Shown here piece after piece: positions 33,089 through 47,270 of a DNA stretch of 64,000 nt. The stretch is from Haliotis cracherodii (Eukaryota), in contig NW_027266319.1 of NCBI RefSeq assembly GCF_022045235.1, forward strand, positions 26,784,001 to 26,848,000, given 5' to 3'. Numbering within the stretch: the stretch's first letter is position 1; every line of letters starts with the position of its first letter. The notes under the pieces were generated by a model. It did no database searches. It was given only the letters and a program-made list of their open reading frames with translations, and was not told where the DNA came from. A program made the translations under genes and the position numbers.

Positions 33089-34395
33089 ATTTGTGAAGAT
33101 ATAGACACTCTTCATGAAGTGAGAAAACCATTTGTGCATCTATTTCAACTGCTGGTGATGATCATTAAAGACATCAGAGGACAGATAGTTATCAACAAAA
33201 GTTTGGCATGGTCATGTTTTATGGGGTTCAATTCGCTTGTCTTGTATTAAATGGGTGGGGGCTAATATATTGGTGACTGAAGACATGAGAGGACGAACAG
33301 ACCGTCATCAACAAGTCTTTGTTGTCATGTTTGGTGGGGCTCGATTTGTGGTTATTTTTTTGTTATTAAGCGTATGTGGGCTTATTTCTTGTTGATCATC
33401 GAAGATGTTGGAGAACATACAGACTGTTATCAACAATTCTTTGTTATGGTCATGTGGGGTTCAATTCGCTGTTATTTTTCTTTTATTAAACAACAAAGTA
33501 TATGGGCTTATATCATGTATATTACCATGTCTGGGACGTGTTGTTTGCTTTGTTGTTTAATTTAAGATAACTAACAATGATAATGCTGGCTCACTGATAT
33601 GGTTGGTGATACTGTAGAATGTTTTAGAAGATAAGTTTTTTAATAATCTGTTCACAACGCAGATCATGCATTTAGGGCCCTTTCAGATGTGAAATATCTA
33701 AGTTATGAATCTCATTTTAAAAGGGACAAGAGATTTTGGTGCCACAGTATAACAGATCAACAGATCCGCTTCATAATCAGATCATTGTGCAAGATCCATC
33801 CAGACATTATCATGATTATCATCCGTTGATCAGACATTCTTCTATTATTTCATTACACAATTCATATTTTTTCTCATCTCCAACCTCAACCAGAAAGAGA
33901 ACAGGCAAGCAAAATAAAAAAATTAAAATAAAGAATAATGTTTTATGATATAATTTATTTTATGACATTTTAAAGTTTAAAATACTTGGCACCAGCGGGT
34001 TGCACCCTCATAATAATAAGTTTTAGTTTTTTCCTCATTGCTATTATCATGATTATATTTCACAAGGTATGTCGTTGTATACAATCATGGTACATGTATG
34101 TCAAAATGTGAAATTTTCCAAATATATTTGTTGAGACGATGCGAGAGATAATCACTGCCGCACAGATGCAGACTACTAATTTTTGTTGACCATCCTGGTT
34201 ACCAGGGTAACACTGACATGTATTTCTATTCTGAGTATCATGTGACTGTATCAGTAATGTTCATTGGTTGTATGTGGTGCAGCGGAGTGTCAGCTCTGTT
34301 TCAACATGTTCCAATCTATCCCAATCTATCCCGGATGCTTTGTCTAGTTCGTTTTCTGCGTACAATTGGCACAAAATTTGTAGGAAATATTAACA

Positions 34396-34407
34396 TGTGT
34401 GTGTATG

Positions 34408-34439
<32 letters not shown>

Positions 34440-34465
34440 TGCGTGCGAGCGAGCGAGCGTGAGTG
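34396..34465. repeat. (TG)n(GCGT)n(GCGA)n compound microsatellite
   Basis: Seen directly in the sequence. Confidence 0.9.
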
Positions 34466-36761
34466 AACTGACACTATTTCTTACACGAAATCGGCATACT
34501 TTGAAATATTTGTTGATATATTATTTTTGTACTTATTTTATTAATATATTACACCCCAAAACTACATTGTAAATATTTCCCATGTGAATAATGGACTGTG
34601 TAACATTAACTATGAGCTATCAATGCGAACTCTTTTAAGTTCTAACTTAAAGGATGAGATAGGGTAAGAGCCCATTTTGAGGTTGCGGAAAACTTTGAAA
34701 TATTTTTATGAACATTATCAGACATGGCTGACAACTAACTTTTTCTTTCTTTCATTTGCATGTTTTGGACTTACGACATGTTCAAGTACACTAATATGTC
34801 TAGAATGTGTGAAAAAGTCTGTAAACCAAGATGAATTTTTTTACCATTTTTTTGTAATGTTTTTTTATGTGCATCTGTGAAAATCAGTTTGGGCCAAGGA
34901 CTTTCTCATGTTAAAATAGAAGAAAGACACTTCATGAAAGCCCCTAAAATCAGCCTTTGGGACATATTTTATCCTTACCTATGCACTTAGTGTTGCCATT
35001 ATCGCCAAACATGCAATTGTTTAAGTGAGTCTAGTTCTCATTCATATGAACATACCTGAAACTTTCATAATTTCTAAAGATTTGCTCAATTTTTAAATCA
35101 TGCAGTTCATGTGGGACAAAAATAGACTCATCCTAACTTGGCCTTTGATACTGAATATTACAGTAGCACAATCATGCCAGTGTTCACATGCCAGTGTGAT
35201 TATATAGTCTCAATCTGCACCTGAGGCATGCTGATAAAACTAGCATGGAATCATTTACCAGAGCAATTGAGACAGATTTATTGTTACTGTCATGTAATTT
35301 ATTCAAGCCCAAGGCAATTGATAGATGTATCCCAAGATTTTGTCTGATGTCGCTTGAGGCCTGTCATACCCTGATGGAAATATCTCCGATTCAAAATGGC
35401 CACCTACAGAAATCCTACACGAATGTCAGATAAGATAAATGAAGTCCATTGCTGCTTTGATTTATATTTTAACCTATTTGACATGTTTCACAAATTCTTT
35501 TATTTCTTTGAATTTTGTTTTTATTTCAAGATCTTTATCAAAATTAGTTGACCAATATATTAAAATTTTCACCAGGGTCACTTAGTTCCATTGTCCTTAT
35601 ATCAAAGCCTCGTTTCCATCCTTGCCATTTCAAGCCTACTGATTTTGGCTTGATCTCGGTGCCACCCCATGTACTGGTGTAGAACACAAGTTGTGTCCCG
35701 TGTGATCAGAAAACAAAACAAATTGAAGCATGAAACAATGCACATAGTGGCAAAATTACAATCAGCAAGAACATTCTAGCAATATCACAGCATGGGACAC
35801 CAGAAATGGGCTTCACACATTGTACTCAAGTGGGGAATCAAACCTGGGTCTTTGGCATGACGATTAACCACTAGGCTGCCCCACTAAGTACATATACAAC
35901 GTACATACACACAAGTGAAATCCATGCAATACAACATGATCGCACTGATTCATCTGCTGTGTGTTTCCACAATGGCATGACAGCCCAAATATTGATTTCT
36001 ATGTCAATGACTATACTTCCAAAACTTATGTTCTTGTTAATGATCACGCTTGTGAATGAAATTTCATTCACAAAGAATCTCTAACTTGGACATAGTTGGC
36101 ATGTGTCTGGACTTTCCAGTGAATTATTGAACCCATCAATAATCAGTTATTCCACTGGTCCTAAGCTGAACTACACTATAAGTTGTAACAGGATCATGAG
36201 GGGGATGAGTCGTAGGCGAGTGGTAGAAAACCTAACGAGGGACGCATAAAACCCCATGTACCCCGAGTGATCCTGCTACAGCGAATTTGTCTTACCGACA
36301 TGTTTTAATATGATATTGCAAAATAATTCAAATAAATCCAAATTGATAGAAAACAGCTGCTTGATTGAGCTGAGGTTAGCTTGCGGTGACATCCATTGGC
36401 TCTGGAAAAGCGTGCAGCTTTTTGCTTTCCCCCTTTTAGAAATGCATGTGCAGCCTGTAGTGCCTGTGGCGGGGTATAAGTGATTTAATCCCCCGCTGAG
36501 AAATTTATAACCCTCCAAGGCGGGTTACACAGTATTTTATCAAGGTCACATGGACCAATCAGATCTCATCATTCTGACATGGAGGCATGATAATAAGTCT
36601 TGGTTGTATCTGTCACTTACGTTAATGATATCTTTCTGAACATTTCTCAGTGCAATTTCAATTCCTGATATATGGAGTTTGGAGTCTTATTTTACTAGTT
36701 CTGTTATTTAGATTGTTTAAACAGTGTTCCTACTGCGTTCCTATCATTTACTTCATGCTAC

Positions 36762-37012
36762 ATTCTGCACCATTATGATAAGGACATTCTGCACATCATC
36801 AAGTTTAGGACATTCTACACCGTTAGGACATTCTACACCTTTAGGATATTGTGCACCTTAAAACATTCTACACCATTAGACATTCTGCACATTTGAACAT
36901 TTACACCATTAGAATATTCTGCACCTTTGAACATTTACCCCATTAGGACATTCTACGCCATTACGACATTCTGCACCATTAGGACATTCTGCACATTTGA
37001 ACATTCTACATT
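36762..37012. repeat. Degenerate ~19-bp tandem repeat
   Basis: Recurrent GGACATTCT(G/A)CACCATTA. Confidence 0.8.
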
Positions 37013-37989
37013 AAAACGGTCCACACCATTCTTTGGATTGTCTCAGATTGTGTGCTTTTGGGCATGGTATACAGAATAGAATGTTTTTGTGATTTTCCTG
37101 TGTATTTATTGACAATGTCGGCGCACAATCAATTTATATATTGATATGATTTATCATTCTTGGCTAGTTTATTTATTTGCTTTGTAAATGAGGCTACACA
37201 TAATGTTGCAAAATTAAACAGAACCTGTAATAAAATGTTTCGACGTAAAGTTACCTTGTTTTGCTTAACTTGTTTAAATAGTTGTTAGGAAATTAACCTC
37301 ATATCAAAGCTAACAACAACATTTTGTATTTCTTCTGTTTTGCCACCTACCTATTGTTACTGAACAAGACTGTATTTATTGTTTATGACGAAAATAATGT
37401 CATTGTTATGAAGATAACAGACTAAAAACCTTATCATGTGGGAATGTGGATGATTTCTCATCAATACATGCTCATAAAAGAATAATTTTGTGTTGTTATA
37501 TGAGAAAAAAACAATACATAATGAAATGAAAAAAATATCGATTCCTCCTTGTACCCGTAATAATCAAAACCAATTGCATGTACTGGACATATTGTATGAA
37601 ATTGTTTTGTGCCAACTGCCAAAATCTCACCAGATGAAGTGGTTGGTCTGTTTTGGGTAGCTGTGCAGTAAATGTTCATCTTCAGTGCTTGCTACACAAA
37701 GTTCTGTAGCACTAAGAGCTGGTTTTAATGAGATTGGGGATTGGGGATATCTGGCCTTTACCTTTTGGAAATAGCTCAGCTGATCTATTGAGTATTGAAG
37801 CATTGGCAGCATGAATTCTTTGTCCACGTGAATGTTTTTAGATTTTCATAAACCCGCCAAGGCCACTTGTACTGACTTCAGTATGTGTTGTCCTGTACAA
37901 GCATCTGTGGTAGATCTACACACTAGTGCTTTTGGAGTTATATTTATCAACATCTTGATTGGTTGCCTGATTTTATTCCTGATAACCAT

Positions 37990-38246
37990 AGGGTAGAAGA
38001 GGTCTTCAGTAACCCATGCATGCTGACAGAGGCGACTATGCTTGTTGTAAGAGGCGACTAATGGGATCGGTCGATCAGGCTCGCTGATTTTGTTGATGCA
38101 TGTCATCGTATCCCATTTGCTTGGATCGATGCTCATGATGTCAATCACTGGATTGTCTGGTCCAGACTCAATTAGTTACAGACTACTGTCATATAGCTGG
38201 AATATTGCTGAGTGCGACGTTAAACAACAAACAAACAAACAAACAA
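37990..38246 (+). mobile_element. Retroposon family A, slightly 5'-truncated
   Basis: TCCTGATAACCA repeated on both flanks; (AAAC)n tail. Confidence 0.88.
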
Positions 38247-41221
38247 ATCCTGATAACCAATGACTTTTAACATGATGTTCAAATGTATAATTGTTCAAAT
38301 CTAACCATCATGACCATGGAGATTCTTCTTTGGATTACCTCTTAAGAGAGCCATATTTGTATGAGCTGGCAGCTACACTGAACATAATAACTGTCCAAAT
38401 AGTAAACTCTTCCGCTTTGGAGAATTGGAGTTGGTAGGGGAAAATGTTCCATCTATGACAGTTACATGGCAAGGCTGAAACCTCACAATGTCTACTCCAG
38501 CACACTGGCTGTAAATCTTGATCAATTTACGCTTTCTACAAACAAGTGACACCCAGTTCAATTATTTGTCTTAAGTTAAAGGCCACATGCGAATGCAGTT
38601 TTTATTAAGTGTTTTTTTTTATGAGGATTGCATACGTGTAGGTTATATGGTTGTAAGAGTCTTAATGGAATGAAAAACAGTGCAAGTTGATATTTTCTTG
38701 CAACACGAACCATGTATAAGCTATGGGCCTGGTGGAATTGTTGGTTTTGTACTGGGAAAACAAAAGAGTAGTTTGACCATTTTTTTGTCTCTTTAGTTCA
38801 GATAATAATATCAGGTTGAATTCATATTTCTAGATTTATTTTAGGTCAGGTGAAATTGAAGAGAATGTCTTTAGGAATGGCAAGTATATTCCCATATTGA
38901 CCAACTTCTATTCATTGCTGAAACCAGTCACGTAAAGTCAATGTGAAAATATACCGTATTTTCTTGAGTATATGGCGTATCCCCATTCTAAGGTACAGTT
39001 TTGGGGAAAATTACAATTTTAGTATTGTGCGCAGTCAAAAACCACATTGTATCGCTTCAGGTGAACAAACAGGAGATAACAAACTATAACTGTTTGATTT
39101 GATTTTAGTTCATTTGTATGAAATTTTGGGACAATAGTTCTAGATAAGAAAACCTATGACTTGATAAGTTCTTCCAACATCACCATGCTACCTCCACTTG
39201 AGATGACGTTTTAACATGCACAATCTTTATGGGATGCTGATTTGATTTGATTTTTTTCAGCTTTGGATGTAGACATTTCCTAGGTGCTGACAGTTGGTTT
39301 CATCAGAGACTATATACTGTATCAGCATGTGGTCTCTGGTTTCATAGACTGGTGGGGGCGAGATCATGTTTGCAGATTGGATTTTTAAATGAGAGTCCTC
39401 ACATCTGACATCTGACTGCCAATAGGTTCTCTGCTATAATGGGAAAATAGTTGTAGAATTTAGTTAGCTGAGCATTGGGTAGCTTTTGTTGCAGGAGCAA
39501 GTGGTAGTCAATTGCTTTACCAATACCATCATGTTATCATGATAGAGGGAAACTACACAAGGGTAAGCTATAAGATTCATATCACACGACAGGATTTGTG
39601 TTATGCTAAATATCCCTATATATAGAATGGTTTAGGATATTCATCTTTATGTGAAGACATTGTGGGTTCACTAATGACAACATTTTTTTCAGCCAAAATG
39701 AAGTCTATTATAAAGGGTGTATTTGTGAAATATCTTGAAAACTTGATCTGGTAATGAGTAAATCACTGGTGAAATTATTATTTGCACTGCTTGAGGCACT
39801 AGCAAATCAGTGAAATGATGCCAAATGTATTGTAATATCACACACCAAAGAGAGATTTCGATTTTCATTTGTACACCCATTGGCTATGTATTCTGTTGTT
39901 GAATTTGAGGGCGATTTTACTGGTTTAATAAGAGCCAGAAAGGGGTTTGTTATGGAATGATGTTTTGTTATGTGCATATCAGTATATACATCATAGCATT
40001 CAATACCAGGACCATGTGCTTGATACCATGGTTAGGCAATATGTATTATGTTGGCAGATATACACAAATTTGTTGATTATGTGTTAGTATTATTTCTGTC
40101 TCAATCACCGTGTTGTCTTAGTGTTTATTATTTATAAGGGAACAATTGACATTGCAACCGACCTGTTTAACTGAATCATTGAGAGTACAGCTTCATCTCA
40201 GTTGTTGTTGTGATGTCCTTGGATCACTGGCCACATTGAAATATGCTCTTGATATTGTCATCATACTGTCCATAAACGTTCAGCAAAGGACAAGTTTTGG
40301 TATTGGAAGCATTACTTTTGTTAATTCAGAAGTTTTATGGACTAACAACCTCTTTGTTAAAACGGAGGTGACTAGGTTTTGATTCAAACACTTAATCAAA
40401 CAAGTGATAAGGGTGTTAGAATCTCCACCAAAGCATCAGCTCAGTCTTTTAAGGAATTTGTTTATCCGTAGGAACTTGTCGTTGACAATCACACCAACTT
40501 CTAAATGCCACACAAAGAAGACACCCTATCATAGCTGGAATATTGTTGACTGTTGTGTAAAACAAAGGACAAACAATGATCACCAATGGGCCAATGGTTC
40601 CAGACTTTAGATTGTGGCCATGCCAACGTGATGGGTGGTGTGTAGCTATGCTACTCAACATTTGCTAAGGAACACACCTTTGACTGAAATGGGACTCTTT
40701 TGGTCCTTTGCAAATGCTGGGTAGTATGCTGTAGCTCCTCACATGTTGACTCGTGTTTCGGATTCTTTAAACAATATTTTTCTAGAATTCATTTATTTAT
40801 ATCATACTCTTTTCAGACTGTTACCATGGTTACTTGATAGCTCTGTAATTGAGATAAAATTGGTACTTACATGGAGGCAGATATGCACAGCTGCAACTCG
40901 GGCGCTTGATAATTTATGGCATGCACGGTTATGTTTGGCAAAACATTGTAAATAAAATCTAAATTAATTGTTTTTTGTTTTTTTATTTTATTACATGTAC
41001 TTTTTTTGTAACTGCGCTTAGCATTAGGAACAGGCTGTTGTCGAGCATGTGCTATTCAGAAGCATTCTATTGTTAAGCTGTTAAGGTGCATGCTTGACTG
41101 GCTTTGCAGTTATACTTGCCTATGACAGCCACTGGCATCACAGCCCACTGCTTACAGAGCCATGTTGGGTTGGACTTGAAACTCCTCTGACAGCTTACAT
41201 TCAGAAGTAGAGATAGAGCTA

Positions 41222-41672
41222 TGCTGCAACACAGGCCTGCGCTCGGACAGACTGTGCTCCAACATAGGCCTGCACTCCAACATAGGTCTGCGCTCCAACA
41301 TAGGTCTGCGCTGCAACACAGGCCTGCACTCCAACATAGAGCTTTGCTCCAACACAGGCTGCGCTCCAACATAGGCCTGTGCTCCAACACAGGCTGCACT
41401 CCAACACAGACTGCACTCCAACATAGGCCTGCGCTCCAACATAGGCTGCACTCCAACATAGGCCTGCGCTCCAACACAGGCTGCACTCCAACATAGACTG
41501 CACTCCAACATAGGCCTGCGCTCCAACACAGGCTGCACTCCAACATAGACTGCACTCCAACACAGGCTGCACTCCAACACAGGCTGCACTCCAACACAGG
41601 CTGCACTCCAACACAGGCTGCCCTCCAAAACAGGTCTGCCCTCCAAAACACGTCTGCACTCCAACACAGGCT
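41222..41672. repeat. 17-21-bp variable minisatellite
   Basis: Unit GCACTCCAACA(C/T)AGG(C)CT. Confidence 0.9.
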
Positions 41673-42459
41673 GTGTTCCATTGTGTATCTTGAAGCAATG
41701 ACTGAACAAATAATCTGTCTCAGACAAAAATTCCAGGTCTTCCCACAATATGAAATAGTCTACCATTCAGTACCTTGTTGGACCGCCTCCATGGTGCATC
41801 TTCGTGAGGCAAGGGAGTTAAATCCAGTTTCCATCCTTGCCAAACAAGGCTGGAATCTCAGAATTATATTTTGGCAGGACTTTTATAGTCAGTTAACTAA
41901 GCATTTAGGGGATAAAATGAGGACTGGCCTGCTAAGAGTCGGTATATTGCATACCAGTTGGATATCCATGTTGTACTGCGGCATGGTATCTCACAGTGCT
42001 AACACTATTAAACCTGCATAAGTCCAACCTAATGGTACAAGCAGCCACACACACCTACTTTCACATCACTCTGTGAGTGCCATAATCTTATTTCACCTCA
42101 TCTTGGAAGCAAAGCCGGCTATTCTAGCTGTCTCTCAGGCCCAATTTTATCAGTAGCATTTGGTGAAATGCAAAATATACTTATATAATGTTATGTGTCA
42201 TTTGTGATTTGCTTTCTTCATTGATCCAGCATGGCCAGAGACAAGTCATTAATAATGCATATTACCCACTTCTTATTCACCAGTGAATACATGACGAAGC
42301 AGATGGTGTGATGTTTGATTGAAGCTCTAGCAATATCATGCTTACAACTGTTAAGATACATGGAGAATATTGATCTTCGGGGAGGCTTTGGAAGGCTCTA
42401 CACTTATCAGGACACAGAATCTAGCAGAGAACTTCGTGCAGGGGTCGGGTTAACATGCA

Positions 42460-43343
42460 CTTGAGTCCTACGTGAACAGCTGGGCACCAGCCTGAGTGCC
42501 CGCCCAGGGGAGATAACTTGAGTCCTACATGAACACCCTGGCACCAGCCTGAGTGCCCGCCCAGGGGAGATAACTTGAGTCCTACATGAACACCCTGGCA
42601 CCAGCCTGAGTGCCCGCCCAGGGGAGACAACTTGAGTCCTACAGCTGGGCACCAGCCTGAGTGCCCGCCAAGGGAGGGGAGATAACTTGAGTCCTACGTG
42701 AACAGCTGGGCACCAGCCTGATTGCCAGCCCAGGGGAGATAACTTGAATCCTTCGTGAACAGCTGGGCACCAGCCTGAGTGCCTGCCCAGGGGAGACAAC
42801 TTGAGTCCTACGTGAACAGCCGGGCACCAGCCTGAGTGCCCGCCCAGGGGAGACAACTTGAATCCTTCGTGAACAGCTGGGCACCAGCCTGAGTGCCTAC
42901 CCAAATTGAAATATGATGGCATTCACAAAGACATAAACAAAATAATAAACGTTACTACATATGTGGTTGGAGGGCAAATTTCAAGATAATGGCCGCGCCC
43001 ACACTGGTGGCAGCGATGTTACCGAGAGTGTAACGAAGGTGTCACGCGCTGGGAAGGAGCTTGCCTGAGTGCCCGCCCAGGGGAGATAACTTGAGTCCTA
43101 CGTGAACAGCTGGGCACCAGCCTGAGTGCCCGCCCAGGGGAGACAACTGGAATCCTTCGTGAACAGCCGGACATCAGCCTGAGTGCCCGCCCAAGGGAGA
43201 CAACTTGAGTCCTACGTGAACAGCTGGGCACCAGCCTGAGTGCCCGCCCAGGGGAGACAACTTGAGTCCTACGTGAACAGCTGGGCACCAGCCTGAGTGC
43301 CCGCCCAGGGGAGATAACTTGAGTCCTACATGAACAGCTGGGC
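42460..43343. repeat. 57-bp minisatellite in two blocks (42460-42900 and 43062-43343)
   Basis: Unit CTTGAGTCCTACGTGAACAGCTGGGCACCAGCCTGAGTGCCCGCCCAGGGGAGATAA. Confidence 0.92.
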
Positions 43344-45104
43344 AAATTTAATAAAGTAAACTTTAATTTTAAAGTGTCAATGTGACAGAAAGATGACACA
43401 CACTGCTCTCATTCACAACCCAAATAAGGAGAGGAGAGTACAACATGTTCTGCAAACTAGAAACTAAAGGTCATTCTTCTACATTTAGCCTAGTTACATA
43501 TCAAACATTACATTGTTCGGTGGGATCACTCGAATATGTTGATTCTCATGATTTCTCCATTACGAAAATTAGGTTTAAAACGTGAATATCAACATCTTCC
43601 CGGGGCATGGGAGTCAACGGACTGTAAAAGACAAGTTTCAACAACAGCAACTCGATGATAGCGTGTAAAGCATTATATCATCGATTTCCTGTGGTTTCCA
43701 CCCTTGCCGAACTTTGCTGGAATTTCTGGGCTCGATCGTACCAACCACCAGTGGCTGTCAGGAGTCATGTCCCTTCTACTGACCAATCAGATTCCACCTA
43801 ATATTACTCGCATTTGCTTGAAACAAAATGGCGGCGCCCAGTCAAGACGATCTGATCGATAATCAACATCTATATATTGTAATAAAACAATAACAAACTA
43901 TATCAACCAACTCGTCATCAATTCTGCAGTTAGTGTAGCTTTAGCGCTGATAGTTTGACAATTTGAAATGAACTCAGTATGTAGTAAACATACGGAAAAG
44001 GCCAAATGAAAATTAACGACCAACATGTTCCCAAACATGTAATTAAATTGACAGTAAATATGTGCCTTATTCACCTTTATTTAAGATATAAATGTATAAA
44101 CTAGTATCCAACTAGCGTCGCAACTGCGCAAGACAATACTACTGTCTGAGTAACGATACGTACGATTAACATATCACAAACGTAAAGTAAAATAATTATA
44201 TTCTACGTAGATCAAAATATTATCGACGTAGATGATAAATTGTTTTAGACTGTGGCACCAATACGCTTCCACAATTGCCTCTTGTAGAAGCTACGATTTC
44301 ACAAATAGCGCTTACATGCCTACGTAGCTAGAGTTTAATAGAGTTTTGTCTGTTTGATAGTAAGAAGTTTGAATATAATAGGAAGTGGAAAGCAGAATAG
44401 CAGAAATAGGGAAATAGCAGAAGAGTAGAAAAGGGACAGTTTGTTTGTTTGTTTGTTCTGTCAACGTGCATGTTGACGGGGAATTAGCTCTTGGGGGAAT
44501 AAAGGACAAAATCGACATCACTGTCCCGGAACGCTTTATGCACAACATGTAAACAATAAACAATAATTGCACAATGAGCGGAATACCTGCTCTGACAACA
44601 CAAACACAGCAATGAGCAGATTTTCCAGCTCAGGCGTACAAGAGGTGAGCGGAGCTCCAGCTCACCTCAGGGCGTTTCCTACGAGCAGCATATCCTGCTC
44701 GAGGTCGTCCCTATGCCAGCACTCGGAATACCAAGCCTGACTAACACCCCAGTAACTGTGTAATGGTAGCACATATATAGTAATGAACAACAATGGACAG
44801 ACAAAGAGACAACGACGTTGCTTTGGACATATGGGCGTGATTAACAAACACAGTTCATGGGATGATCAATTAGGGCAATAAATGCCATACTATAAAAAGC
44901 AGTAGTTAAAGGGAAGTGATATGGTAGTCCAGGCTGACTGACAGTCAAAATACAATGAAATGTTGGTGAGGATTAACAACGGGGATTAGCGCCTAAAACG
45001 TAATGACAATTAAGTTATGGAGACATGGCTACAGGGTAAATTGCCCTTGAAGTCAAATGTACTGCAGACAATGGTAGTCATAAATCAGTCGCTATGACAG
45101 TTCT

Positions 45105-45344
45105 TTAACGCCACACTCAGCGATATTCCAGTTATATGACGGCGGTCTATAACTAATCGAGTTTGGACCAGACAATCCAGTGATTGACATCATGAGCATC
45201 GATCCACACAATTAGGACATGGGTCAACCAAATCAGTGAGCCTGACCACCCGGTCCCGTTAGTCGCCTCTAACGACAAGCATAGCCGCCTTTTATGGCAA
45301 GCATGGGTTGCTGAAGACCTATTCTACCCCGGATGTTCACGGGT
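45105..45344 (-). mobile_element. Retroposon family A, well-preserved 5' motif
   Basis: Reverse complement ACCCGTGAACATCCGGGGTAGAATAGGTCTTCAGCAACCCATGCTTGCCATAAAAGGCGGCTATGCTTGTCGTTAGAGGCGACTAACGGG. Confidence 0.88.
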
Positions 45345-45999
45345 CATTACTTGTTTGAAAAAAATATACATAAAACTAAATATCTAAAGAATAAAAAATG
45401 GTTTTTTTCTCTGATTGTATAACTTAGTATATAACATTTTACAGTTTAAAACACCTGGTACGAGTCTTGAAATTAATTTATGACGTGAATTGGGTCGCTT
45501 TGCTTCGAAAAAGATTTTTTAACAAACACAGCTGAAGAAAGATCCGGCTATTCAATGAATGTGCAATTGTAATTGCATGTTGTCATCACATCGGTGCATA
45601 ATTTTACACAGCAGCGGGGACAATTGACATACGAACATGTTTTAACTATTTCCCGTCGCAATGAAATTTGTGCCGAGCAGGAGATGGGAAAATAATACGG
45701 ACATCCTAAACATAATATTGTGGTTGTGAAAGCTACGCTACAAAAGTTTCAGTCAAATATAAGTAGTGAATTTTGATGCTTGCTTGCGAGGTGATGCGCC
45801 TTCATCACGATGGTCCCAAACATCATCTTGGTCATCAAAATAATATCTACATTGTTTTTGTTTTTTTTACTGATTGAGAATGACGTCGCATAATATATTA
45901 AAAAAATATGATAAATATCTCACCCTCGTACGTCTTTGTATTTCAAATATATCATCACTCGTCATTGTTTTGTCTGTTTAATCGACATGTGTTCATATA

Positions 46000-47270
46000 T
46001 AGTATGACCAGAAATTATTGAGAATTTTAGGATTATGTTTAAGTGGATATCTAGTATAAACAAACACTGACCATCTATCAAGTGCTTGGTTTCATTCAAG
46101 AGAGACAACTCAGTTAATCCTATTTCATTATTTGTCAAGAGTTATCCCCCTTTGCTTACTTGCTAGCAGACGTAATTTTCAGTGATCTTCAGTATGGATG
46201 ATTTAGAGAAGAGGGGGTTGATTTTGGAGTATTATAACAAGGACATCAGATCAGCTAAAGTGATTTCGAGTAGAACAGGCATCCCTTTGTCCAATGCGTA
46301 CCGTGTTTTGAAAAATATTGAAAGTGGAGGTGGCATTGAGCACAAGAGAGGCAAAAGTAGGCCCAGAAAATTGACAGTCGGTGACATGGGGCGGCTCGGT
46401 ATTCTTGTTTCTAAAAACAAACGTAGGAGTTTAGGAAACTTAAGACTGGAAATGATTGATAGAGGAACTGTGGCTGTCTGTGAGGAGACAATTAGAACTG
46501 AGCTGCATGCAATAGGTTGGGAGAAAAGTCGAGGAATTCCATCACCGAACATGAAACCTGAACAAAAGGAGCGAAGGTTGAACTGGTGCTTAGAGCATAG
46601 ACATTTTAACTGGGACAATGTGATTTTCTCAGATGAAAGTTCTGTGAGGCTGTTTCCTAATACACTAAAATTCTGGACCAAACAAACCTTTGTATCAGCG
46701 CCCAAAGTACGGTCCAAAATTTCACGAGTGGAGTGGCATATCTGTTTTAGGGGCAACGCCCCTGTGTGTATTTGAGGGGAATATAAATAGTGCGCGGTAC
46801 ACAGATATTCTCGAGGGACATTTACTTCAATCTGCTCAAGTATTCTATGGAAATTCTTGGATTTTCCAGCAAGACAACGACCCAAAACATCGCTCAAAGC
46901 ATTCTCAGGCCTGGTTTCGGACCCAAAATATGACATTATTAGATTGGCCAAGCTACAGCCCTGACCTAAATCCAATAGACAATGTTTGGGGGCTTATGAA
47001 GGAAAGTGTCAATAAGAAATGTCTGACAAATATTGCTGAAATGAAAGAAGAGTTGGTCCGATATTGGGACAGCATGAACAACTTCTTTGATCAGTAGTAT
47101 GCCCCTCGCCTTGAAGCCTGCATTGCAGCCCATGGTGACTTGACAAATACTAAGTGTTCACCTGTCTTTGAAGCTCGAGTTATGTTGTACTAATATTCAC
47201 ATTTAATACGTGAGTAATGAGTGAGAAAAAAATACAATCTTTAAATTCTCAATAATTTCTGGTCATACTG
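46000..47270 (+). mobile_element. Full-length Tc1-like DNA transposon with frameshifted transposase pseudogene (about 46194-47150)
   Basis: About 28-bp TIRs (C/T)AGTATGACCAGAAATTATTGAGAATTT with TA on both flanks. Motifs SRPRK, WDNVIFSDES, FQQDNDPKH, WPSYSPDLNPIDNVW, split over two frames. Confidence 0.93.

Noticed and set aside
40195-40268. Minus-strand ATGATGA...CTGA resembling a box C/D snoRNA, with partial complementarity to an 18S rRNA segment
   Set aside because: The complementarity has mismatches and is not adjacent to the D box; there is no terminal stem or identified host gene.
37627-44847. Putative minus-strand protein-coding gene stitched from exon-like pieces
   Set aside because: Some phases can be matched, but the peptide resembles nothing I recognise and the splice signals are weak; kept only as a possible non-coding transcript.
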